Shown here: in pieces, positions 51,428 to 64,000 of the stretch | Layout: each line of letters opens with the position of its first letter | Numbering within the stretch: the stretch's first letter is position 1 | Assembly (NCBI RefSeq): GCF_006345805.1 | Contig: NC_043013.1 | Location: 15,934,001-15,998,000, forward strand | DNA length: 64,000 nucleotides | Direction: 5' to 3' | Origin: Octopus sinensis | Taxonomy: Eukaryota | The notes under the pieces: model-generated | What the model saw: the letters and a program-made list of their open reading frames with translations, nothing else | What the model was told of the DNA's origin: nothing | Databases searched by the model: none | Made by a program: the position numbers and the translations under genes

Positions 51428-51640
51428 CAGGGTGATTCAAAAGTCACCATACATAGGAACGATTTATTTTTTAATAAGAAACAATTTATAAGAACAGTTT
51501 TTGTATTTGACAGGCTCTATATGGTTACCATTGTTTTGAAAATACATTGCAATACGTTTACCTCACTCATTGTGAACTCGTAATAGTACATCTGGTGATA
51601 CCTGCTGTTGGTGATACATGGAGACTTTTGAATCACCCTG
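51428..51640. mobile_element. Tc1/mariner MITE
   Basis: TIRs CAGGGTGATTCAAAAGTC(A/T)CCA, 21/22 match; TA on both flanks. Confidence 0.92.
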
Positions 51641-52108
51641 TATATCAGTTTTTATATATATGAATGTATCAATCATTAAAATATTAAAGCGTATTAAAAA
51701 ATCTATGAATACATAAATATATAAAAATTTAATATACATATGTAAATAGACGAATGAGATTAAGTTATAAAGATATATAGAGAGACGTTTAGAATTACAA
51801 TCGCATTAAAAGGTGTTGTGGAACAGCATTGTAAAAAAATATTTTAAAATAAATATGGCTTTATGAGAAGATGAATAAAAATAAAGTCTTACGAAAAAGA
51901 GCAAAGAAAGAAAAATCATAGCGGTGAATTTAGATTTTTTGGAAAATATATGTAATTAATCCAAGAAAATAGGTAATCCTGTTTAAATAAACTGTTGGTG
52001 GTAGTTATATCGTGCATCTTGGGTTTTAATCTAAGCACTTCAAACTACTTCTTATACAGCATACAAAGAAATGTTATGTGTATTTATATATATATATATA
52101 TATGCATG

Positions 52109-52140
<32 letters not shown>

Positions 52141-52143
<3 letters not shown>

Positions 52144-52156
52144 CTCATGATATGAG

Positions 52157-52187
<31 letters not shown>

Positions 52188-52300
52188 CTCCAAAATATGC
52201 AACAATGATATCCAAAAGTAGTGTAGTAAATCGTTTCATGCTACTTCATTTAATTAAACAATGTAAGTATTACATCAGTTTTAAAATGTAGAGCACTCTT
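52141..52300 (-). mobile_element. second copy of the 50627 pLTR-like element, truncated within the HHR core
   Basis: Near-identical to 50627-50780 including the GAACTCATGATATGAGT flank. Confidence 0.75.
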
Positions 52301-52926
52301 ATATATATATATATATATATACATACATGCATACATATATATGTATATATATATATTTATATATATATATATATATACATACATACATATGTATACAAGG
52401 TCTGATGAATAAGTATCAGAACTGTTGCTAGCCATAGTAACATTTCATTTGCTAATAGGATTTACTTGTTATATCAACGTGTAAGAAATTTCCTGTTAAA
52501 ACAATCATCAGACATAGAAAATTTTTTATAATAATTTTTGTTTTTAATTTTGTCTGTGTGATTATTTTGTAATAAGAAATTCCTTATACGTCTATGTAAC
52601 ATGCAAATCTTTGTAATTCCTATTAACAAATGAAACATGTGTAATGGAGAATAAATAATACTAAAAAATTTCCATTTTCTTGTTTTGCTATTATATATAT
52701 ATATATACTTTTACTCTCTCTTTTTTACTCTTTTACCTGTTTCAGTCATTTGACTGCGGCCATGCTGGAGCATCGCCTTTAGTTGAGCAAATGGACCCCG
52801 GGACTTATTCATTGGAAGCCTAGTACTTATTCTATCAGTCTATTTTACCAAACTGCTAAGTTACGGGGACATAAACACACCAGCATTGGTTGTCAAATGA
52901 TGTTGGGGGAACAAACACAGATACAC

Positions 52927-52970
<44 letters not shown>

Positions 52971-53439
52971 TATATATATATAGTTTGTGTAATGAAGATA
53001 AAATCCCAGCTGTGTCCTCTTGAAGCGCATCTGCTTATTCCAGTATTACAAACCAGGATGTAGTGGTTGTCCTTGTTGTGTTGATATGAGGTACGTATTA
53101 GAGTTGAAAATTCTGGGAATGTTGCTTGCAGTGTTGTCATGTAGCAAAACAGGATGTTAGAAAATCCAATGTGTGCAACTTTGTGATTACCAAATAAAAC
53201 ATGAATGGGCTCAGTACCACAGCGTGGCACCTTGGACAAGTGTCTATTCCTATAGCCCCAGGCTGACCAAAGCCTTGTGAGTGGATTGGAAGGTGGAAAC
53301 TGAAAGACACCCGTCATATATATGTGTGTGTGTGTGTGTCTAATTGCATGCAGAGAGTGAATGTGTGCTCTTCTTTGCTGCCACGTCTCATGAATGAACC
53401 TTTTTGGGACTGAATAGTGACTGGTGACCAGAAATGGGT

Positions 53440-54068
53440 CCTTTATAAAAGCACCAAATGCCAAAGACAGTGGGTAGAGAAAGGAGAAACACCAGAATCC
53501 CATGCTAAAAAAAGGGCTTCACCCACGTAAGGTGTTGTTATCTGTTTGGTGGGATATGAAAGATTTAGTCCATTTTGAACTTTCAAACCCAAGCCAAATG
53601 ATAACAAAGGAGATCTACTGTGAGCAGCTTGAATGGCTTGAGTCAGCACTAGAAGATAAATGACCAGCTTTGGTTTCAAGATGAAAGATGTTCTTCCATC
53701 AGGATAATGTTCTGCCACATACAGTGAGGATGATGTTTCAAATGTGTAGAGCAGTTTGAATGGGAAATGATGTCCCATCCACCATATTTGCCAGACATTG
53801 CCATTTATTCTGCAGTCTTTAAAATCATTCGGACAGAAAAAATACGAATTCTGTAGACAAGGTCAGAAGAATACTGGAGGAGTATTTTTCATCACGGACA
53901 AGTGAATTTTGGAAAAAGGCCTTGCAAGTCTGCCAGATCAATGGAAGAGCATTGTAGAAAATGAAGGAAAGTATACTTTAGATTAAAAAAGAAGTTTGTT
54001 TATCTTAATTTTGAAAAATGAAAGAAGTATAAAAAAATCACATTATATTTTGGGATTATCCAACATAT
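53440..54068 (+). mobile_element. mariner remnant (3' half and right TIR)
   Basis: KKGLHPRKVLLSVWWDMK...FHQDNVLPH...WEMMSHPPYLPDIA. Confidence 0.88.
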
Positions 54069-54075
54069 ATATATG

Positions 54076-54109
<34 letters not shown>

Positions 54110-54631
54110 TGTATGTATGTATGTATGTATGCATGTAAATATACATGCATGTATATGTGTGCATGTGTTTGTGTATGTGCATGTATATATATGTGTGTAT
54201 ATGTGTCTGTATGTAGAATACAACTGAAATGGCATGCAAGATTGACTTACACAGATTTTCTGGGTGCTTAACCTCATATTAAGCCTACTGTTTTGTAAAA
54301 CACACAGCAAACACCTCCTTCAAATAACCACACACAGCCACCTCCAGCTACCCAGCTTTCTATTCACTGATATATGCAACAACTCACCCATCGATTTACA
54401 CATTACACCATTACACCTATTCCATCCAGGTACAGACTACAAAACCAGCCACCCAGCCACCCTGACCTCTGAGTTTGTCTTAGAGAGGAATATATATTAC
54501 AAGAACTTACACCTGTATATCATTATACTATTACACCTTTATACCATTATGCCATTATACCAATGTTCTGCTATAGAAATATAACAGTAAGCCAATATAC
54601 CAATAAACCAGTTTACCTGTATGCATCTTTA

Positions 54632-55072
54632 TACTCCCACAGGGTGCATCAATATTTGGAGGACGTTACTTTAAATAGCTCTCACTTTCTTCTAACTAAT
54701 TCTTTTTTTAATTTGTTCTTCAGATTAATGATGAATGATATGAAATTAACAAAGGAAATGAAAAGGCATGCTGTAATTGCTGCCGTAAAAGCTCAGCATA
54801 AAGATACGGAAATTGCTTGCTTCTTGAAATTTGTCCGATCTTTCATTGCCAAAGTTAGAGAAGATCTGGAAGCTGCTGACAGGGGATCCAATATTAGCAG
54901 CTAAACGCAAAAACACATGTAAAGGGTTCTAATACCATAAGAACTCAAGAATTTGTGCAGGAAGTAAAGGAAAAAATTCAACACAACCCTGGAAAGTCAA
55001 TCAGAGCCCTTACAAAGGACTTCAAGGTTTCAGAATGCACCATCAGAAGAGCTGTACATGAATTTATACACC
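54632..55072 (+). mobile_element. maT transposon, 5' remnant
   Basis: MKRHAVIAAVKAQH...EIACFLKF.RSFIAKVR...NPGKSIRALTKDFKVSECTIRRAVHE. Confidence 0.8.
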
Positions 55073-55296
55073 ACACACACACACACACAGACACACACAG
55101 ACATGCACCTGCTGACTCACAATTTGAAGGGGAAGACACACACAAACATACAAGTAATAATGTACTGGCTAGAGAATTTAGGCAATTAATGTGAACAGAA
55201 AAATAGTGCCCTAATGTAGTGAGAGAGAGAGAGACAGCTAGACAGCCTACGAAGCAACCAGCCAGCCTAAATTGAAGTATATACATATATACATAC

Positions 55297-55361
<65 letters not shown>

Positions 55362-55429
55362 CACCATATATATATATATCACCAATTACAAAGGAAGCAG
55401 TAAGTTTTTATTACATAGTTTGTCTATAT

Positions 55430-55431
55430 GC

Positions 55432-55464
<33 letters not shown>

Positions 55465-56065
55465 CATACATACATACATGCTACATACATACATACATAC
55501 ATTACACATACATAACATACATACATGCATGCATTACATACATGCATACATACATACATACATACATACATACATACATACATACATACATGCATGCATG
55601 CATACATACATACATACATACATACATACATACATACATACATACATACATGCATGAAGGCATGCATACATACATAACATACATACATACATACATACAT
55701 ACCTACATACATACATACATACATACATGCATGCATGCATACATACATACATACATACATATACATACATACATACATACATACATACATACATACATAC
55801 ATACGACATACATACATACATACATAATACATACATAACATACATACATACATACGTACATACATACATACATACATACATACATACATACATACATACG
55901 TACATACATACATACATACATACATACATGCATACATACATACATACATACATACATACGTACATACATACATACATACATACATACATGCATACATACA
56001 TACATACATACATACGTACATACATACATACATACATACATACATACATACATACATGCATACAT
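55430..56065. repeat. ~635-bp (ATAC)n microsatellite
   Basis: Direct inspection. Confidence 0.97.
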
Positions 56066-56560
56066 AAGGCTGAAGATCAATGAAAAAGAAAATACCTACG
56101 CTGGACTATTGAGAAATTTGCAGTTGCTCTATCCAGATTACAAGTTCAGGTTTATACCTGTAATTATTGGAGCCCTGGGATATGTAACACACTGCCTAAA
56201 TACCAATCTTTAGAAATTAGGCTTCTCAAAATCGGAAAGGAGGGAGCTAATTTGAAGACAACAGATCAAATCAATTACAGGAACTGTAAAAATCTGTAAA
56301 ACTTTTCAGACTTTTATAATTTAAATATATATATAAGCATGTCTAGATATGCAACTATATGCATGGGAATACATACATAAAATAAGAAATACAAATCTGC
56401 ACACATACATACATACATACATACATACATACATACATACATACATACATACCCTGCTGTTCATGCTGAAATTCCAATGAAGAAGCCTTGGATTTAGGCT
56501 GGAAACCAACTCTTTCTCTATTGGCAAGAAATCCTGAAATAAATTGAATAATGGCATATA
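56066..56560 (+). mobile_element. 3' end of an RLE-type non-LTR retrotransposon embedded in (ATAC)n
   Basis: LKINEKENTYAGLLRNLQLLYPDYKFRFIPVIIGALGYV...SITGTVKICKTF; AATAAA near 56540. Confidence 0.75.
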
Positions 56561-57500
56561 TGCTTATGAACATGTATGTATGTATGTATGTATGTATGTA
56601 TGTATGTATGTATGTATGTATGTATGTATGTATGTATGTATATGTGTATGTATGTATGTATGCATGTATGCATGTATACATGCATGTATGTATGTATGTA
56701 TGTATGTATGTATGTATGTATGTATGTATGTATGTATGTGTTGTATGTATGTATATAAATAGATAGATTACATTAATAAAACTTCTTTTATACTTTCTAA
56801 GATACTATTGGCAATTTTTGGTTAATTTGAAAGAATATTCTTTTAAGAATATCTTTAAGATACTACCAACTATATAATTATTGAGTGCTTTGAATAATGA
56901 AAATAAAATAAATAACCAAATTGTTGCATATTTACCAAAAATAATTGGAACCAGCATGGCTTATCTCTAGATTTTCCTTGAAAATTCTTTTAAAAGTACA
57001 TTTATTTTCACAAGGGGTCTGAGGGTGAGGTGGAGGGTGGAAAGTGTACATCATCATCACCACCACCATCATCACCATCATCATCATGACCACAACCACG
57101 ACCATCACCATCATTATCATCATCATCACCTCCAGCATCCTCATCATCATCACTGTCATCATTATGATCATCAGTATCACTGTCGTTATCATCATCATCA
57201 TCATCATTATCATCATTTTGTTAGTGCAATTAATTACGTTGTGGTGATACAGCATTCAGCTTTGTTTCAAAATAATAAAATGCGAATAATTGTTATTATT
57301 TTAGACACACACACACACACATACACACACACACACAAACAGACACATACACGTAACACACATACACACAAACATAAATGTGTCTGTTTGGGTATATATG
57401 CATGGGTTTGTATTTATATATGCACGTGTATAATGCATGTATTCATGCATACTGCATACACATATGTGTATATATATATATATAAATATAAATATATATA

Positions 57501-57540
<40 letters not shown>

Positions 57541-57994
57541 CATACATACATACATATATACATATACATATATATATATACATACATACATGCATATAAA
57601 TGTACACATATATATAAGTATATGTATACACATACATATGTATATGTATATATATATATATATATAGAAAGAGAGAGATAGATATGCACACACATAGGCA
57701 TACCTTTGAGAATTTCATCCAATTATCCTAGAAAATGAGCTGGGGAGGTGAGAAATAGAGATAGAAAAGGAAGAAAAGTAATAATTTTCTATAAGTTGTG
57801 TTTTTTCTATTGGTCATTCAAGATGGCAATAGACTTGTGTATGAATCTATATTTACATGTGTGCGCGTGTGTATCTGTACATACATACTCATAGATAAAC
57901 ACATATATGCTTATATATATATATATATACATACACCTTGTACATGCATATGTGTGTATGTGTTTATATAATATATATATTATATATATAATAT

Positions 57995-58036
<42 letters not shown>

Positions 58037-58479
58037 TGTATGCATATACGCACATACCCTTCTTGTACATGCTTGTGTGTATGTGTGCACATGTGTGCGC
58101 ATGTGTGCACCTGAGTGTGGGCATGCGTGCACATGTGTGTGTGTGTCTGCGTGTGCATGTGTGTTGTGTGTAAAATAATAAAAGTAATTGTTTTTCTTTT
58201 TGCACTAAAGCTGAATGCATCAATCACAAAATAATTAATTGTTATAATAATAGTAATAATAATAATGATAATAATAATAATAATAATGATTTCTTTTATT
58301 TGCCACAGAGGTGTCAGACAAAAGGGATGTTACAATGACAGGTTACTATTTTTGTGTATGAGAGAGAGAGAGAGTGGTATTTATTATAATTGGTTGTGTA
58401 AAAAAAATATGGGAGAAAAACAAGATGAAAAATATGCCAAATATACAAAATATATATAAATGCACAGATGATACAGACC

Positions 58480-58980
58480 TTCTGAAACAGGAGGGCCTCT
58501 ACTTAGGGCTAATGAAGGAACCTTAGTATGTGAAATCACTCTGACAACCAAGAGAGCAAGGTTTTACCCATCTGTTGTTCACCAGTCTACAGACAAATGC
58601 TTAGAGTAGTTTCATTGATGCTGACTGTTTTTGCCAGTCACCAATCTTTCTGAAGTTTTAAGGGCTTCCTTTCTCACCCCAAGTTTCATTTCCTAATCAA
58701 AATTGAAAAATTTAATGTAGGCTTCATATATGATATATTTAGACCAAACAGAACAGATTAAGAGAACTGAAAAGCTTTATAACCAAAAAGAAAGGTAATT
58801 TTACCAAAGGGGCCCTGCTTTGCCTCTCACAGAGGGAGTATGGACAAAATCATTAGTCCATACCAGCTTACCCACCTTGGCCATCTGTCCAGCCCACTCC
58901 TTCTGCATTGATTTGCACAGTGTTAACTATCTAGCAATACGATATGGTCAACTAGAAAGATGTCTATCATTGACATATTT
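58480..58980 (-). mobile_element. Tx1/L1-like C-terminal remnant
   Basis: Degenerate similarity to 295-655 (KFFNFD*EMKLGVRKE...). Confidence 0.35.
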
Positions 58981-59596
58981 CTCCATTTAAATACTTGGTT
59001 CAACCGAAATGATCGGGAAAATTCAACAAGAGCCATTTAGTTGAAGAAATTGACCCCCATGATGTTTTCTTTGTAAGCCTAGTGCTTTTTCTATCAGTCC
59101 CTTTTGCCAAACTGTTAAGTTACAGGGACATAAACACACCAGCATTGGTGGTCAAGTGATGGGGAGAGGGGGACAATCACACACACACATAATACATACA
59201 CACACACACACAGTGGTTACTGAGCACATTGCAAAGAGTAGCCAAATCTTCCTTAAAACACTCTCTACCATCATGAAAATTAGAAAGGTCACATTGGATA
59301 ATTTAAAGGTAAAAAGGTAAAGACCCCCTTCGGTCATGAATGACCGTGGGATTGCACTGGAAGAAGCAGTACTAGACATACTAGTCTTTTATCTCTTTTC
59401 TTTTATTTGTTTCAGTCATTAAACTGCAGCCATTCTGGAGCACTGCCTGGAAGAATTTTTAGTCTAAAGAATTGACCCCAATACTATTTTTTATTTTCAT
59501 AGTTTGTTGAACCACCAAGTCATGAGAACATAAAAAACCAACACCAGTTATCAAACAGCAGAGGAGAAAAACACACACACTCACACACATACAATC

Positions 59597-59632
<36 letters not shown>

Positions 59633-59664
59633 CATAATACATACATACATATATATATGTCTAT

Positions 59665-59980
59665 ATATTACTGTGATTACCGTGACTGACCAGGCTATCA
59701 GATGTTGCTACACATCGCTGGTCACAATGCGCTTCACATCGTTTTAGCCTTCAAATGATGCCACCCCGCTGGCTAAGTAAGTAGGTCAACAGAAGAAAGA
59801 GTGAGAGAAATTTGTGGTGGAAGAGTACAGCAGGGTCTGGTACCACCCCCTGCCAGAGCCTTGTGGAGCTTTTAGGTGTTTTCACTCAATAAACACTCAC
59901 AATGCCCGGTCTGGGAATCAAAATCGCGATCCTACAACCACAAGTTTGCTGCCCTAACCCCTGGGCCATTGCGCCTCCAC
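59665..59980 (-). mobile_element. tRNA-derived SINE, full length
   Basis: Head GTGGAGGCGCAATGGCCCAGGGGTTAGGGCAGC...GATTCCCAGACCGGG; body shares CACCTAAAGCTCCAC with the 46262 element. Confidence 0.75.
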
Positions 59981-60094
59981 ATGTCTATATATATATATAT
60001 ATATATATATAATAGTAATGGTAAGACAACAAAAGAATGAAAGAGACCTCGATATTATGTAAATAGGGGAATTTATCTGTAAAATAATCATCAT

Positions 60095-60545
60095 CATCAT
60101 CATCATCATCGTTTAACGTCCGTTTTCCACGCTAGCACGGGTTGGACGGTTCGACTGGGGTCTGGGAAGCCAGGGGCCGCTCCAGGCTCCAGTCTGATTT
60201 GGCAGAGTTTCTACGGCTGGATGCCCTTCCTAACGCCAACCACTCCGTGAGTGGATTGGGTGCTTTTTACGTGCCACCTGCACAGGGGCCGGGGGGTCCG
60301 GCATCGGTCACGATCGGTTCGAGCTTTTAACGTGCCAGCGGCACGGGGGCATCTGGGTCCGGGGTACTTTGGGGATCCGGGGTACTTTGGGGATCCGGTG
60401 TACTTTGGGGATCCGGGGTACTTTGAATGGGTAGGGGGTATGTGGAATTGCTGCAGAAAGCAGCCCGGGTCTTTGCAGTCACAGCATATCTCCAGAGATC
60501 TCGGTCCTTCGCCATTGCCTCAGTGAGGCCCAATGCTCTGAGGTC
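60095..60545 (-). mobile_element. 5'-truncated RTE 3' end with 18-bp repeats in the UTR
   Basis: ORF end LGLTEAMAKDRDLWRYAVTAKTR; four GGATCCGGGGTACTTTGG-type units at 60355-60426. Confidence 0.88.
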
Positions 60546-60552
60546 ATTATTC

Positions 60553-60720
60553 GGTTGCCATAATAAGACTCCGAGTTTTGGATGCCGGGGCGGAAACCTG
60601 CTCTAGTATCTTGTCAGTTATTGAGACAATTTTGCACGTTTTGATTGCCTCAATAACTGACGAGATGCAGGAGCAGGTTTCCGTCCCGACATCTGAAACT
60701 CGGAGTCTTATTATGCAACC
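60553..60720. repeat. long imperfect palindrome (73-bp arms, 11-nt loop)
   Basis: 60559-60631 vs reverse complement of 60643-60715: 63/73 identical by hand alignment. Confidence 0.92.
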
Positions 60721-60743
60721 AAGTAATTGTCACATTATATTAC

Positions 60744-60787
<44 letters not shown>

Positions 60788-61473
60788 TATATATACATAC
60801 AGTGGACTTCTTTCAGTTTCCGTCTAACAAAACCATTCACAAGGCTTTAGTTGACCTGTACCAATAGTAGAAAACACTTGCCCAAGGTGTCATGCAGTAG
60901 GGCTGAACCTGGAACGATGTGGTTGGAAAGCAGGTTTCTTACCACCCAGTCACACCTGTGCCTAATATAGTAAAAAAGAGAAAAAAGGAAAACATGTCTT
61001 TTCATCATAAGTCACCTTGATCAGATCTGACCTGATCTAAACAACAACTGCAAGACTTATGCAACAGTGGGTATTTTTTTTTTTATTTAGCAAATAGTGA
61101 ATATGTCATCTTACATGGTGAACACACTGGTGCCTCATGGGAAAAACTGAAAACTCATTAAAACTTCAGATAGTCTCTCGGTTCATTTTTTTTTTGTCTT
61201 TTTGGTTGAAAAATAATAATAAAGGGGGAAAAAAATTTACCTGAGAAGAAAGACAAATTAGAAGAGAGTAGAGAAAATTTAGTTCCATATTTGTATACGG
61301 TGGATAGTACAGTGGTTGAGTGTTTGTCTGAACAATTTGTACATAAAAGACAGCAACGGTTGATGGTAGGAAAAATAAAACTACATATATTGGCAGGAGA
61401 TATTTATTGCATCTCCATTTTTGATTATTTATCTGTCTACCTCTCCATATCTTTCTCATTCTCTCTCTCTCCC

Positions 61474-61532
<59 letters not shown>

Positions 61533-62380
61533 GGTTCAAAATACAAAAACACAAAGAAAGGGTGAAAATAAAAATATATATACATACATAACAAAACCGT
61601 ATATATATATGTGTGTGTGTGTGTATGTGTGTGTGCGTATGTTGGTAGTAATGGAGGAGATAAGAATGAAGGAGGTGGAGATGGTGGTGGTGGTGGTGGT
61701 GGTGGTGATGAAGATGATGCAGACACACACACATATACACACACATACACAAGCACACGTGTACACACTCACATACACACACACATACACATGCACATGC
61801 GTACACACTCACATACACACACACATGCATGCACACTCACATGCACACACACAGGCATGAGTGGGTGTGTATACTGAGTGTAAATAAAGTCACTTCTAAA
61901 AAAATTCCATTTGTTAGCAGAGCTCCTTGAAAAAGATATCCTGCATAGGGTTGGTGACAGGAAAAGCATCCAGTTGGATAAACTGTCCCACACTGAGTTT
62001 TGACTCATCCATGCAAAACTAATAGAATGGTTGTTAAATGAAAATGATGAATAAATATAAACATCGGATAGTATTTGTACTACGTAAAGTATATTTTTCA
62101 TGAAGAGGATTGCTAGAGGATTGCTAGAGGATTCATGAAGAGGATTCATGAAGAGGATTGCTAGAGCTCTGTGCCAGTCCCATGTAAAAAAACACTTGTG
62201 CCAGCACCACGTAGCACTGCTCAGGCTGGTGCCACGTTGAAAGGACCCAGCACACAATGTAAAATGGTTGGGATTGCGAAGGGCAACCTGCCATAGAAAT
62301 CAAACCAAATCAGACTGGAACCTGGTGCAGCTCTGGTCAGACCATCCAACCTATGCCAGCATGGAAAACAGACCTTAAAA

Positions 62381-62430
<50 letters not shown>

Positions 62431-63432
62431 CGTTGTGTGTGTCTGTGTGTATGTATATATGAGTGTACTATTTTATCAAGCCAAAGGAAACCCTCAGAAG
62501 CTGTTGCTCAGAGTTTCACATGATTGTTCATCAGTCTGTTTGTGTGTATGTGTGTGTGTGTGTGTATATATAGATATATATAGATATAAGTATATATAGA
62601 TATATATGTGTATACATATCTATATATATGTTTATACATGCATACATAGATTCATACATACATGCATGCATACATACATACATTCATATAATATATTAGT
62701 TAGCTGATACTGCATTAGAGAGAAATTTTAGTGAAGTAATGGAAGAATTATAAGTGTCTTTTTTGTTTCTAGAAAACAAAATATATATAAATAAGTATAA
62801 ACAAAATGAAAAATTAGTAATAAAAGTAATAAAAATACAACCAAAATTATATGATAAAAATACTGCAACAAAGACACAGAATGGAATAAAAAAAATTCTA
62901 AATAAATAAATGTAACAACAATAACAACAACAACAACAGCAACAACCACAACAACAACAACAGCACTAATAAGCATTGGTATTCATTCTTGTTATAAATT
63001 TCTTTTTATTTATTGTAGAGGGAATTGGGAAAGACTTACAAGGCATTAGCTGTGGCTTAAATATAAATTCATGCGCACACATACCCATATACACTCACAC
63101 ATGCACACATACACAACACATGTGTGTGTGTGTAAAATAGATGGAATCGAATATATTTCGGTACATCAATATAGAAACACTTCAGTGTATTTTTGTCTGG
63201 ACAGATTACACAGCAAAAAATTCTAGGTTACTCATCTGATCTGATCAGCAGTCAATGCAGAGTTGAAACAGTCGTTCATTTGGTGCCAGATATCCTACAA
63301 GTCCATTTGTGTTGCCAAAAGATTTGGGAGAAGTATAAAAATCACCCATGCCCGTGTCACATTAGGGGGCACCAACATCAGTGCCACATTAGACAGCACC
63401 AGTACTAGTGCCACATACAGAGCACCCATGCC

Positions 63433-63655
63433 TATTTCTTTACTACCCACAAGGGGCAAAACACAGAAGGGACAAACAAGGACAGACAAATGGATTAAGT
63501 CGATTATATCGACCCCAGTGTGTAACTGGTACTTATTTAATTGACCCCGAAAGGGTGACAGGCAAAGTCGACCTCGACGGAATTTGAACTCAGAACGTAG
63601 TGGCAGATGAAATACTGCTAAGCATTTCGCCTGGTGTGCCAATGTTTCTGCTGCC
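63433..63655 (-). mobile_element. SINE family A, full length
   Basis: Family homology. Confidence 0.88.
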
Positions 63656-63699
63656 TTTGAGAGAACCCATGCCAATGCCATATTAAGAGCACCTGTGCA

Positions 63700-64000
63700 T
63701 GCACCACATACAAAAGCACTCATGCCAGCACTCACGATGGCACTATGTGTAAAGCACTCAGTACATTTTATAAAGAGGTTGCCGTTAAGAAGGACTGGCT
63801 TCCATGTTGGTGACACATAAAAAGCACCAACCGATCGTGGTCGTTACCAGCACGTAAAAAGCACCCACTACACTCACGGAGTGGTTGGCGTTAGGAAGGG
63901 CATCCAGCTGTAGAAATTCTGCCAGATCAAGATTGGAGCCTGGTGCAGCCATCTGGTTCGTCAGCTCTCAGTCAAAATCGTCCAACCCATGCTAGCATGG
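63700..64000 (+). mobile_element. RTE 3' UTR/tail running off the window end
   Basis: CACTCACGGAGTGGTTGGCGTTAGGAAGGGCATCCAGC...CCATGCTAGCATGG. Confidence 0.88.

Noticed and set aside
52395-52440. CTGATGA as a hammerhead core
   Set aside because: It is part of a mariner-type TIR (TACAAGGTCTGATGAATAAGTATCAGAACTG) with no GAAA or stems.
56478-56510. Hammerhead in the RLE-LINE 3' UTR (TGAAGA-AGCCT/AGGCT-GGAAAC)
   Set aside because: C3 is missing, there is an extra G before GAAA, and no stem I or III is present; only a simple hairpin is supported.
31438-57722. Long low-complexity ORFs (poly-K/E/Q, poly-S, YVCM, IYLS, HT repeats)
   Set aside because: Translations of microsatellites with no coding signal.

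Overview
Eukaryotic, AT-rich, extremely repeat-dense DNA. The SINE and RTE families and the microsatellite load point to an octopus or other coleoid cephalopod genome; this is inference from family resemblance, not a database search. I found no host protein-coding exon I can support, and nearly all listed ORFs are translated microsatellites. The only long intact ORF (22361-23485) is the 3' part of a 5'-truncated RTE LINE reverse transcriptase, with a PHD-like finger inside the RT. The rest is tRNA-derived SINEs, RTE 3' tails, and decayed mariner, maT, Helitron, RLE-LINE and Tx1 fragments, plus MITEs and two Penelope-like element (PLE) remnants. Main discovery: seven or more minimal type-I hammerhead-ribozyme (HHR) motifs of the PLE pseudo-LTR kind, from several unrelated families. 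One sits downstream of a Pol III tRNA-like head (6824-7116), a candidate PLE-mobilised, ribozyme-bearing SINE. One has an intact core and a microsatellite-expanded stem II (14064-14205). Two damaged sister copies together reconstruct a complete ribozyme (50705-50789, 52222-52300). Other notable structures are an inverted pair of ~75-bp satellite arrays (38.2-39.5 kb), two long hairpins, and a candidate recursive splice site on the minus strand. Novelty cannot be confirmed without searches.
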